From a virus (lineage: Duplodnaviria > Caudoviricetes), in the IMG/VR virus record IMGVR_UViG_3300037400_003293, positions 1,206 through 65,205 of that record: 64,000 bases of DNA. One strand, 5' to 3'. Made by a program: the position numbers and the translations under genes. Below are positions 16,583 to 24,711 of this stretch, one piece after another; positions within the stretch are counted from its first letter, which is position 1; every line of letters starts with the position of its first letter. The notes under the pieces are model-generated. The model made no database searches. It was not told the origin of the DNA and was given only the letters and a program-made list of their open reading frames with translations.

Positions 16583-16906
16583 ATGTAAGTCTGAGCATTA
16601 GGTAATGCACTTAGATGAAGATGGATGTGGATCGAAACCACACGGACTTACATTACAGTTGCGGATAACAAGAAATTAGTAGGTGACGAAAGTTTCTAAG
16701 AAGCGAGGCTAAGAGAGAGGTAGACTCCTGATCGACCAACATAAAATATCGGCGGTTATCTGAGGGCGCTGCAGCGTCAATGACTGTATAAGAACTAAAA
16801 GTGGCGTGCCACCAAAGCGTGGTCCGATTTACGAAGAGGATTTCGATCATATGCAGTGATCAGAAATTGGTATGGCGAGTAACGACGTGAGTCTTGCAAG
16901 TTCTTA
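16583..16906 (+). ncRNA. Large structured ncRNA with a tRNA-like 5' domain
   Basis: Multiple nested stems found by eye (see findings); bracketed by the repeated motif and a poly-T tract; no RBS-supported ORF. Confidence 0.7.
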
Positions 16907-16940
16907 TTTTTTTTTCACGAATTTTACAAGTGATATTATG

Positions 16941-17023
16941 GAGAAGGAAGAACTGTGACACGCATGTAGTCGATTAGGTTCGACCGGTCTATACGGAGTG
17001 CGTTGCTCCCGTATAGCCTTCTC
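16941..17023 (+). ncRNA. Putative ~85-nt structured RNA (cassette payload)
   Basis: GAGAAGG/CCTTCTC closing stem, GTCGA-TTAGGT-TCGAC and CTATACGGAG/CTCCCGTATAG hairpins, then a T tract. Confidence 0.55.
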
Positions 17024-17052
17024 TTTTTATTTTTCGAAAGGAGCACAAACTT

Positions 17053-17544
17053 ATGGCTGAACCCAATGAACGAAGGATCAAAATTGAAGAGGAGGACATG
17101 GAGCTTTGGATTGATGCACTTGATGACTCTGTCCAAACGGGCGAATCTACAGTCCGGGCAATAAACGTCTGTATGCGTTATTTAACACATTCCGGTGTAC
17201 TTGAACGGATGACATTCATTCAGGCGCTTTTGGACGATGATATATTCAAAGATATTCTCATGTCCAGAAACTGCGGAGAAAAGACATCTAATCATTTGAA
17301 GAGAGCAAGGCTGCTGCTGAAGGAGAGGTGCAAAGAGATGGGTACGGTTAAGGTCCCTGATATTCTGCCATTAGCAAAGGCCGATCCAAAATTGTTTAAA
17401 CAGTTCTCGACTCTCTATAAGTTTTTTGGATGGGATGTCGGTGGTGACAGGCTTCATTATGCTTCAGCTCGTGCGAGCCAGTACAGAAAGAGGGCAGAAG
17501 AGCATGTGGGAGAACGGGATTCTCTTCTGACAGATCAAAAATAG
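17053..17544 (+). CDS. Protein with an RNAP alpha-CTD-like helix-hairpin-helix segment
   Basis: TVRAINVCMR...DILMSRNCGEKT resembles alpha-CTD SVRxxNCLKR...DLMKxRNLGxKS; RBS GAAAGGAG. Confidence 0.5.
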   Translation: MAEPNERRIKIEEEDMELWIDALDDSVQTGESTVRAINVCMRYLTHSGVLERMTFIQALLDDDIFKDILMSRNCGEKTSNHLKRARLLLKERCKEMGTVKVPDILPLAKADPKLFKQFSTLYKFFGWDVGGDRLHYASARASQYRKRAEEHVGERDSLLTDQK

Positions 17545-17561
17545 ATGCAAGGAGGGCTAAT

Positions 17562-17984
17562 ATGAAAGCGTTTCTTAAGACTCTGATCGGCGGGGCTGTA
17601 GGACTTGGAGCGCTGTATGTAGTGGGTAAGATATGTTACAACCTGGGAAAGGACGTGGCAGAGGTTGAACGACAGCTGGAGCCTGCTAAGAATGAAGTGG
17701 TCCATCCAACTGCTTCTGAGGGAACTGGAGAGGCGGAGACTGAGGCTGAAACTGAACAGCCGGCAACTGAAGAAGAACCAGCACAGGAGGCAAAGCATGA
17801 CGGCGGACGATTCATGGATAAAGTCCGAAACGCCAAAGCTTTCCTCAAGATCAAAAAGGCCCTGAGCAGTAATAAGTCTCCAGGTGTACTTGGTTCCCTT
17901 CTCAAGAATCCGGAAGGGGCAAAGATTGAAGCATTTGTGCAGAACGGAGGGGTGAGGATCAATGTAAGGCCTGGAGTCACGTAA
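17562..17984 (+). CDS. N-terminal TM protein with an acidic linker
   Basis: LIGGAVGLGALYVVG; RBS AAGGAGG. Confidence 0.7.
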   Translation: MKAFLKTLIGGAVGLGALYVVGKICYNLGKDVAEVERQLEPAKNEVVHPTASEGTGEAETEAETEQPATEEEPAQEAKHDGGRFMDKVRNAKAFLKIKKALSSNKSPGVLGSLLKNPEGAKIEAFVQNGGVRINVRPGVT

Positions 17985-18043
17985 TTGTCACGAACAAAAC
18001 ACAGTCTTTTATGGAATCATGAACACGAAAGGAGGACAAAATA

Positions 18044-18400
18044 GTGATGAAAATTTATGTGGTTCCTGAAGACGATTCTATTAAAGCGAAGGTAGAGGCT
18101 TATATTCACAATCGAAATGTGGATCTCAAATGTGCGATGGATGAACATCCGATGGAGACTTTAGCGTTCGGAACAGCGGCGATTACGACGTTTGGGGTTG
18201 CCTTGAAGGCAATCCTCAGAAACGTTAATCTCCGTAAAGAGGAACGGTCGAAGAATCTGCGAGTGTGGGATCCGGTACTTGGAATCTACTGGGGATTGAG
18301 GAAAGAAATGAGCCAGAACCAGCAGCTTGAATTTGAGTCTCGCAGGAAGGCAGGTGAAACTTGCGGAGCTATTTTGCAGAGCATGAAGCTGTTGAAATGA
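18044..18400 (+). CDS. Hypothetical membrane-associated protein
   Basis: RBS GAAAGGAGG; central hydrophobic segment; preceded by the motif at 17989. Confidence 0.7.
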   Translation: MMKIYVVPEDDSIKAKVEAYIHNRNVDLKCAMDEHPMETLAFGTAAITTFGVALKAILRNVNLRKEERSKNLRVWDPVLGIYWGLRKEMSQNQQLEFESRRKAGETCGAILQSMKLLK

Positions 18401-18460
18401 GACCGAAAGCAGGGGCGACAAACGCTTCTGCTTTTTGCTTTGAACAGAAAGGAGCATACT

Positions 18461-19282
18461 ATGTGTGATAATTATGTGGATGAAATGCTTATTACAAAAT
18501 GTTTTGATATTGCAAATTCTAAAGGAATCCTTACCGCACACGATATAGCAAACGAGATGAGGCTGGCACGGAAACCGTCTAACAATCCGGTGATTATAGA
18601 TATGTCTAGGCATCCAACGCCCGGACTTATGTATCAGGCAATCTATAAATCGATGAAGTGGCTCCGTAATTACAACAGGGCTTTTAAGAAAGGAGAACCT
18701 ACTATGACTGTAACTGACAATATTACTATTGAGACGGTTGGGAGCATCACCTATGAACCGTGTACCGCTACTGGTTTCAGCTTTACCCTGGACAACCCAA
18801 CCATCACAAAAGATATTATCGATAAGCTCACCATAAAGCCAAATGACGTCGAAGATGCTATCAACCGCGAGCTATTTACCTTTAAGAAACAGGAAGCTCC
18901 GATCCGTCCTCTCCGCTATTGGCAGACTGACAACGGCTGCATCACGGTGGAATGGACCGACCACACCAAGACCACTGTTACCCCGAGTGATCCTGAGCAT
19001 GCGGATGTATTCAGCGGCATCTGTATCGCCTACACCAAGAAGATGTTTGGTAGCACTACCGCCATCATGAGGTCTATTGAACAAGCAAAATGGCTCACGG
19101 ATATGCCAAAACGCCGTAAGGAAACAGAACGCAGGCACATCAAAGAGAGTCGAGAACGGAAACAAAAACGTGCCAAGGAACACCGTGAAGCAATGATTGA
19201 GAGCCGCGTTGAAGACATTAAGATAGAGCAGGAAGCGCAGAAGCGCATTGCTAAAGAAAAGGAGGCAAGCAACAATGCTTAA
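18461..19282 (+). CDS. Hypothetical protein (second in-frame RBS/ATG at 18704)
   Basis: RBS GAAAGGAG before 18461; charged coiled-coil C-terminus. Confidence 0.65.
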   Translation: MCDNYVDEMLITKCFDIANSKGILTAHDIANEMRLARKPSNNPVIIDMSRHPTPGLMYQAIYKSMKWLRNYNRAFKKGEPTMTVTDNITIETVGSITYEPCTATGFSFTLDNPTITKDIIDKLTIKPNDVEDAINRELFTFKKQEAPIRPLRYWQTDNGCITVEWTDHTKTTVTPSDPEHADVFSGICIAYTKKMFGSTTAIMRSIEQAKWLTDMPKRRKETERRHIKESRERKQKRAKEHREAMIESRVEDIKIEQEAQKRIAKEKEASNNA

Positions 19283-19634
19283 TCAAATTGCAATGATATT
19301 TGGTTACTTCATGCTTGTTATGATGGCCCTGTTCTGTCTGTATGTGCTGTATATCACCATCCGTGATCATTTTGCGGAAAAGAAGGCTACAAATAAGAAA
19401 TATCTCGAACATCTGAGGGAAGAAATTGACAATAATGAAAAACGTATCGGACATCTGATTTGCACGACAGCCGAACTTGACGAACGACTTACTCTCCTTG
19501 AGGAAAGCACGAAAAAAACAGAGTCTGCTATGGAAGAACCGAAAGGAGGTATCTGCCATGAAGAAGTTTCTGGGAAACCTGAAGGACCAGATCGTGAGCA
19601 AGTGCGAGAACGCGGACAAGACGAAGGTGCTTAA
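19275..19634 (+). CDS. TM + coiled-coil protein
   Basis: RBS AAGGAGG; IAMIFGYFMLVMMALFCLYVLYI. Confidence 0.65.
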   Translation: MLNQIAMIFGYFMLVMMALFCLYVLYITIRDHFAEKKATNKKYLEHLREEIDNNEKRIGHLICTTAELDERLTLLEESTKKTESAMEEPKGGICHEEVSGKPEGPDREQVRERGQDEGA

Positions 19635-19788
19635 ATGGAGTTGTGTGATTGGTGCCGCAATCTTAGGATTGTTTGGCAACATCCTGGACACCAAGATTAA
19701 GGACCGCGACTATGACGCGTCTGTCAAAGCAGCGATCGCCGAAAAGGTAGCCAAAATCAACATGGGCGATCAGAGTGAAAACGGTTGA
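19558..19788 (+). CDS. Small TM protein
   Basis: RBS GAAAGGAGGT; WSCVIGAAILGLFGNIL. Confidence 0.65.
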   Translation: MKKFLGNLKDQIVSKCENADKTKVLKWSCVIGAAILGLFGNILDTKIKDRDYDASVKAAIAEKVAKINMGDQSENG

Positions 19789-19848
19789 ACCGGAGGGCAA
19801 AGGCATAGCAAATCGCTGTGCCTTTTCTCTTTTGCGAAAGGAGGGAGC

Positions 19849-20283
19849 ATGGATACTGCACAAAGACGTCTCGTCTACATGAAGGATATGGGCTGCATGG
19901 ACCGGCTTCTGACGGTAAGGGAGGCGGTACTTCTCTTAAATGAATGGAGAAGGCTCAATATTCCCAGATACAATCTGGACTTTTCCATCGGATTTTCCAG
20001 AGCCATCACCAGTGGTCATGAGTATGTGTTCCTGAACTATCTGGTGGATCTGCTGATCAAACGGATAGAGAAGGGACACGATGATCCGATTACGGAAGTA
20101 GCCAATTATTACTACGAGCTGGATGAAGTGCTGGCAATGAGCGATGATGATCATTATGTCACCCATCGGTTTGCTTCCTACATGGAGAACGCGACGCATG
20201 ACATCATGAATTATCTGCATAAAAAAGAAAAGGAGCTGAACGAGCATGAGCATGACAGAATGGCTTACCAGAACGGCCAGTAA
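19849..20283 (+). CDS. Hypothetical protein
   Basis: RBS GAAAGGAGGG; 144 aa. Confidence 0.7.
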   Translation: MDTAQRRLVYMKDMGCMDRLLTVREAVLLLNEWRRLNIPRYNLDFSIGFSRAITSGHEYVFLNYLVDLLIKRIEKGHDDPITEVANYYYELDEVLAMSDDDHYVTHRFASYMENATHDIMNYLHKKEKELNEHEHDRMAYQNGQ

Positions 20284-21067
20284 GCTACAAAGGAATCTGC
20301 CGAGTATTCTGACAGGCAGTGGGATATTTCACATGCTTCTGGGAACCGGATTAGCTGTCAAGGCGACGCCGGAAGCCATGCGAAAGATCGAGGAAAAGAA
20401 GGAAGAGGAAGGCCACGAACGGTTGACCTTTTCCCAAACCGTGCAGGCGATATGGCGCTGTTATATTTGGGCAGTGCTGGCAGAAGGCGTCGGTGTCGGA
20501 TGTGTCATTGGCGGCCAGGTGGAGAGCAACAAGCGCCAGGCAGCGCTGACCATGCTGGTTAATTCCGCCGAGATCGGTGCCAGGGAGTTCCAGGAATACC
20601 GTCGTTATGTCCGGGAACGTCTGGGCGAACAGAAAGAAGCGGAAATTCACAACCAGGCCGTACAGACGATAGTAGACCAGACACCACCACCTGCGGATAT
20701 GGCAGGACAGGACATTGTGGATGGCGTTGCGATGAAGCCGGTGTGCTTCCATCGTGACTTCGGACGGTATTTCTATGTGGATTATGATACTGTAGCCGCT
20801 GCCGTCAACCGGCTGAACAAGACCATCACCACCAGTTTGGAAGGATATGTCAGTCTGAACGACTTCTATCGGGAGATTGACGTGTCCACCATCGAGTTTG
20901 GTGACATGATTGGGTGGAGTCTTGAGACCGGGTTGATCGAGATTCCGGATAAAGAAGCTGTAGAGTATGCAAAGCCGCCAGTCGGAGCGCCGAATTGGGT
21001 CGCCTGTTGGGTGCTGGAGTTCACCAATCCCCCGCAGTACGAGTACAAATACTTTCGTAAGCACTAA
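20246..21067 (+). CDS. Conserved phage membrane-associated protein (paralog of 22257-23207)
   Basis: Hydrophobic N-terminus ...GTGLAVKATP; C-terminal YVSLNDFY...IGW. Confidence 0.7.
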   Translation: MSMTEWLTRTASKLQRNLPSILTGSGIFHMLLGTGLAVKATPEAMRKIEEKKEEEGHERLTFSQTVQAIWRCYIWAVLAEGVGVGCVIGGQVESNKRQAALTMLVNSAEIGAREFQEYRRYVRERLGEQKEAEIHNQAVQTIVDQTPPPADMAGQDIVDGVAMKPVCFHRDFGRYFYVDYDTVAAAVNRLNKTITTSLEGYVSLNDFYREIDVSTIEFGDMIGWSLETGLIEIPDKEAVEYAKPPVGAPNWVACWVLEFTNPPQYEYKYFRKH

Positions 21068-21159
21068 GTGGCTGTGCTTTTATGACTAAATCACGATTTT
21101 TTCAAAGTCTGTTATGGACGGAAAGTCCAGATAAAAATATTTGAGAGGAGAAACTCAAA

Positions 21160-21564
21160 ATGGAAGAAAACATCATGACGAACGAAGTAGCGGAACAGGT
21201 GGCTGATCAGCTGATCGACACTGCAACCAACGACATGACCGTGGTTCCTGCGCAGACCTGTGCGCAGCCGGTAGTGGCGTCTTCGAACGGGACTGGCAAG
21301 ACCGTTATGGCGGCTGTTGGTGGATTCATCGGTGGTGTTGCGGTTAGCGCCGCATTTAACCACTGGGTAGCACCGAAGCTGAGTAAGGCTCTGGCCGATC
21401 ACAAGGCGAAGAAAGCCAAGAAGAAGGCTGAGAAGGAAGCGAAGAAAGCGGGCAAGTCCAAGGACAGCAAGAAAGCTGAACCGGAACATCCTGAACCCCA
21501 GAAGCCGTACGATGTTGAGACCATGAAGAAGGATGATCTCAAAATTGACGATCTGGAAAACTGA
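21160..21564 (+). CDS. TM protein with a Lys-rich tail
   Basis: VMAAVGGFIGGVAVSAAF; preceded by the motif at 21092. Confidence 0.7.
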   Translation: MEENIMTNEVAEQVADQLIDTATNDMTVVPAQTCAQPVVASSNGTGKTVMAAVGGFIGGVAVSAAFNHWVAPKLSKALADHKAKKAKKKAEKEAKKAGKSKDSKKAEPEHPEPQKPYDVETMKKDDLKIDDLEN

Positions 21565-21642
21565 CGGCAGAAGCGGAAGCTCATGGATAATCCCATGGGC
21601 TTCTGTTTTTCGTGATCAAAAACGAACAGAAAGGACAGAGGT

Positions 21643-22245
21643 ATGGAACAATATCCTTCCAATAGCGACAAAAGCAGAGAACATACCGATTATTCCAATA
21701 AACATGTAACCGGACCGGCTGTCAGCGGAGGAGCCCGGTGCCGGGAGAAAAACTGGTTGGACCAAGTGCGCGAGTTCTTCGGGATTGCCGAATGTCACAC
21801 CTTTCGTGATTATGTCAGCACGCTGAGCGACGTGACCAACCGTGTATACGGGGCCATTGATACTCTGCTCGGAGGCAGGCCGGCAAACGTCCAGAGCCAG
21901 GTGCCTGGAGCCAGGATTGCCTATGCCAACTATTATAACCAGCAAGCACCCAAAGCACAGCCATCCGGGCAGCAAAAGGCCTTTTTCGCTGCTACCTACG
22001 AGGACCTGGAGTTTGACCTTCGCCAGGATGCGGAAATCGTGCTGCTGCGGATGAATGAGCTGTTGCAGATGTACCAGGCGGTCAGCGTTGGGGATCTGTT
22101 TGACCTGGCCGGGGTTACCAGTCCCAACGGATATACCGATCAGAAGTACGGTTGGACACCTGGAACGATTTCTGGGGCAAGGGTAGTTCCTTTCGGCCGA
22201 AAATACCGGATCGTCGGACTGCCGGTACCGGTTCAGCTCAGATAA
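21643..22245 (+). CDS. Conserved hypothetical phage protein
   Basis: C-terminal AVSVGDLFDLAGV...YGW motif shared with neighbours. Confidence 0.7.
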   Translation: MEQYPSNSDKSREHTDYSNKHVTGPAVSGGARCREKNWLDQVREFFGIAECHTFRDYVSTLSDVTNRVYGAIDTLLGGRPANVQSQVPGARIAYANYYNQQAPKAQPSGQQKAFFAATYEDLEFDLRQDAEIVLLRMNELLQMYQAVSVGDLFDLAGVTSPNGYTDQKYGWTPGTISGARVVPFGRKYRIVGLPVPVQLR

Positions 22246-22256
22246 AGGAGGAGTAT

Positions 22257-23207
22257 ATGAAATTTTCACTGAAAGACATGATCGTGAATGGCGCACATAA
22301 GGTCCGTGCCAAAGTCGGCCCCAAGATGCCTGATATTCTGATGGGCATTGGTACTGCCGGTGTCGTTGGCGGCACAGTAATGGCGTGCCGTGCCACGACG
22401 AACGTTCCCGGAATTATGAAGGATTATCGAGACCAGAAAGCGCAGATCCAGACCGGCCTGGATGAGGACGGCGATCACCGGACGGACGAGGAAATGGCCA
22501 AAGATATTCGCAGGCTCAAGGTCAGGACCGTTGGAAAACTGGCACTGAACTATGCTTCTTCCGCTGCTGTGGAAGGGCTGAGCCTGGCCGGTATGTGGGG
22601 CGGCTATGGCCAGATGAAGACTATGTTCCTGGAGGCGAGCGCCACCTGTGTGACCCTGACAGAAACGATCCGCAAGTGCCGTGAATTCGTTCGCAACGAA
22701 TATGGCGAAGATGCGGAAGAAAAAATGATGCACAACTACCGGGAAGAAGAAGTGCTGAGCACAAACGAGAACGGGGAAACGGTTACCGAAAAGGTCAAGA
22801 TCTACCCCCGTGATCATCATAAGATGCCCAGCCCTTACGCCCGGTATTTCTGCTACGGTGAAGCGACAAGTGCGGAAAAGAGCCTGGATTACAACGTAAC
22901 TTTTCTCAACTGTCTTGAGCCGATCCTGACCAGAAGGCTCAAAGCTCTTAAGAAGATAGCGCTCAATGATGTCTATGACGAACTCGGCATCAAACGGAGC
23001 ATTACCGGCAACCGTGTCGGATGGATCTACGACGAGAAATCGCCCACAGGAGACAACGAGGTAAAACTCCGGGCACGGATCGTGTTCCGTGAAACCGTGG
23101 ATGACTTTGGCAACCCCAACGGTTGGGAAAGAGTGATTATGATCGACCCGAATGTGGACGGAGCCATGGAAAAACGTGCCGTTCAGCTTGGGTTGATGGA
23201 CGAATGA
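22257..23207 (+). CDS. Conserved phage membrane-associated protein
   Basis: RBS AAAGGAGG; LMGIGTAGVVGGTVMACRATT; C-terminal IALNDVYDELGI...VGW. Confidence 0.75.
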   Translation: MKFSLKDMIVNGAHKVRAKVGPKMPDILMGIGTAGVVGGTVMACRATTNVPGIMKDYRDQKAQIQTGLDEDGDHRTDEEMAKDIRRLKVRTVGKLALNYASSAAVEGLSLAGMWGGYGQMKTMFLEASATCVTLTETIRKCREFVRNEYGEDAEEKMMHNYREEEVLSTNENGETVTEKVKIYPRDHHKMPSPYARYFCYGEATSAEKSLDYNVTFLNCLEPILTRRLKALKKIALNDVYDELGIKRSITGNRVGWIYDEKSPTGDNEVKLRARIVFRETVDDFGNPNGWERVIMIDPNVDGAMEKRAVQLGLMDE

Positions 23208-23219
23208 CGGAGGAAGGCC

Positions 23220-23762
23220 ATGAACAAAGGTTTGATATTCGTTGGCGGACTGGCTCTCGGCGCTGCTGCCGGGAGCTTTATGACCCACAAGATCCTGAAG
23301 CAGAACTACGCACAGGCAGCCGAAGAAGAGATCGCCGCGGTCCGGACGGCGCTGCTGGAGGATATACGGAAGCGTCACGGCGAAGAAGCCAAAGAACAGA
23401 AAGAAGAGCAGAAGAAAGCCGCCGTAAATGCTATGACCAAGTACGGCGCTCAGGATGCACAGAAGACTTTGGATAAACAGCCCAAGGCCGAGGTAAAGCC
23501 GCCCTATCCCATTCCTCCGGAAGTGTTTGGCGATCCTGGCAATCCCCATCGTCAGGCTAGTTTTAAAGTGTATCTGGACGGTCCAATCATTGATGACGAC
23601 GATCATCAGGTAAGTCAGAAAGAGTTTGAGCTTGCTGTAGGACGCGGGGCATTGACCTACTTCAATGATGATGAAGACAGTATCTGCATCCGTAACGACG
23701 CGCTGAAGACCGACTATGAGATCGTCCTGCTGAACCGGAACTACGCGGATGACGCTCATTAA
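23220..23762 (+). CDS. N-terminal TM + coiled-coil protein
   Basis: GLIFVGGLALGAAAGSF. Confidence 0.7.
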   Translation: MNKGLIFVGGLALGAAAGSFMTHKILKQNYAQAAEEEIAAVRTALLEDIRKRHGEEAKEQKEEQKKAAVNAMTKYGAQDAQKTLDKQPKAEVKPPYPIPPEVFGDPGNPHRQASFKVYLDGPIIDDDDHQVSQKEFELAVGRGALTYFNDDEDSICIRNDALKTDYEIVLLNRNYADDAH

Positions 23763-23773
23763 CAAGGATATCG

Positions 23774-24364
23774 TTGGAGGCGGTCGCCGTGCGAACTGAA
23801 GAAGGGATGTGGAAACGAGTCGAGCTTGAACGGGATTACTTTAATTGGCTGACTGCCAAGATCCCCGGATGGCGGGACGCGTACCCGGAACTGATTTCCA
23901 AGCTGTACGCGACCCCATTCCGGGTGACCTTATTGCAGGATGAGAACCGTGTAGCTGACGGATTATCTCTCCGGAGCCGATATGCATGGGAGAAAGGACT
24001 GGACCGTCTGGCTCAGGATATTCTCAAGGCCTGTCGACCCTGCGGGATATTAGAATTGATGCTGGCTATGTCTATCCGATGCGAGGAAGAGTATCTGGCT
24101 TCCCCATCAGAGGACGAGCCGCTCGGATCCGCATGGTTCGGACCCATGGTACACAGCCTTGGTCTGGCTCATCAGATGGGTCCGTTCTATGACGAACAGA
24201 GTGTGGAGATAACGCTCCGTACGTTTATGGACCGTCAATACCGTCCGGACGGGTTTGGCAGCCTGTTCTGGATCCGGGGAACACAAGAAGACCTGCGGCA
24301 AATGGAGCTTTGGCGGCAGATGATGCTTTGGATTGAACAAAAGAAACAGGAGGAACAGAAATGA
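23774..24364 (+). CDS. Conserved hypothetical phage protein
   Basis: YFNWL...DENRVADGLSLR...LELMLAMSIRCE...G.GSLF...E.WRQM pattern; exact start uncertain. Confidence 0.7.
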   Translation: MEAVAVRTEEGMWKRVELERDYFNWLTAKIPGWRDAYPELISKLYATPFRVTLLQDENRVADGLSLRSRYAWEKGLDRLAQDILKACRPCGILELMLAMSIRCEEEYLASPSEDEPLGSAWFGPMVHSLGLAHQMGPFYDEQSVEITLRTFMDRQYRPDGFGSLFWIRGTQEDLRQMELWRQMMLWIEQKKQEEQK

Positions 24365-24705
24365 GCGATATGATCAAGAAAGAACATCCCGGCAAGAGCC
24401 TGGGACAGAGTCTGGATATTCTGCGCAAGGATGTCAGCGAGATTGCCGCGGATATTGACGAGCTGTATGGGCTGGATGACGACAACTTCCATGCCATTCA
24501 GGATCTGAGGAAGGCGGTACAGAACTGCAACAAACGGTTCGCTGCCCTGGATCGTCAGGCGAAGGTCCGTCAGTCGAGAAGGATTCTCGGTTGGGGCCTG
24601 CTCGGTGCCGGTATGTACTGTGTTTTCAAGAGCATTCGTGAGATTATCTCCGAACTGAACACGAGGGTGGAGGCTCTCGAAAACAACAAAGAAAGAGACG
24701 GATAA
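24361..24705 (+). CDS. Coiled-coil + TM protein
   Basis: ILGWGLLGAGMYCVF; coupled to the upstream gene. Confidence 0.65.
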   Translation: MSDMIKKEHPGKSLGQSLDILRKDVSEIAADIDELYGLDDDNFHAIQDLRKAVQNCNKRFAALDRQAKVRQSRRILGWGLLGAGMYCVFKSIREIISELNTRVEALENNKERDG

Positions 24706-24711
24706 TAAGCA

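Noticed and set aside
16583-16660. Hammerhead ribozyme or functional tRNA gene
   Set aside because: It lacks the CTGATGA core. There is no proper anticodon arm or CCA, so it is kept only as a tRNA-like domain of the larger RNA.
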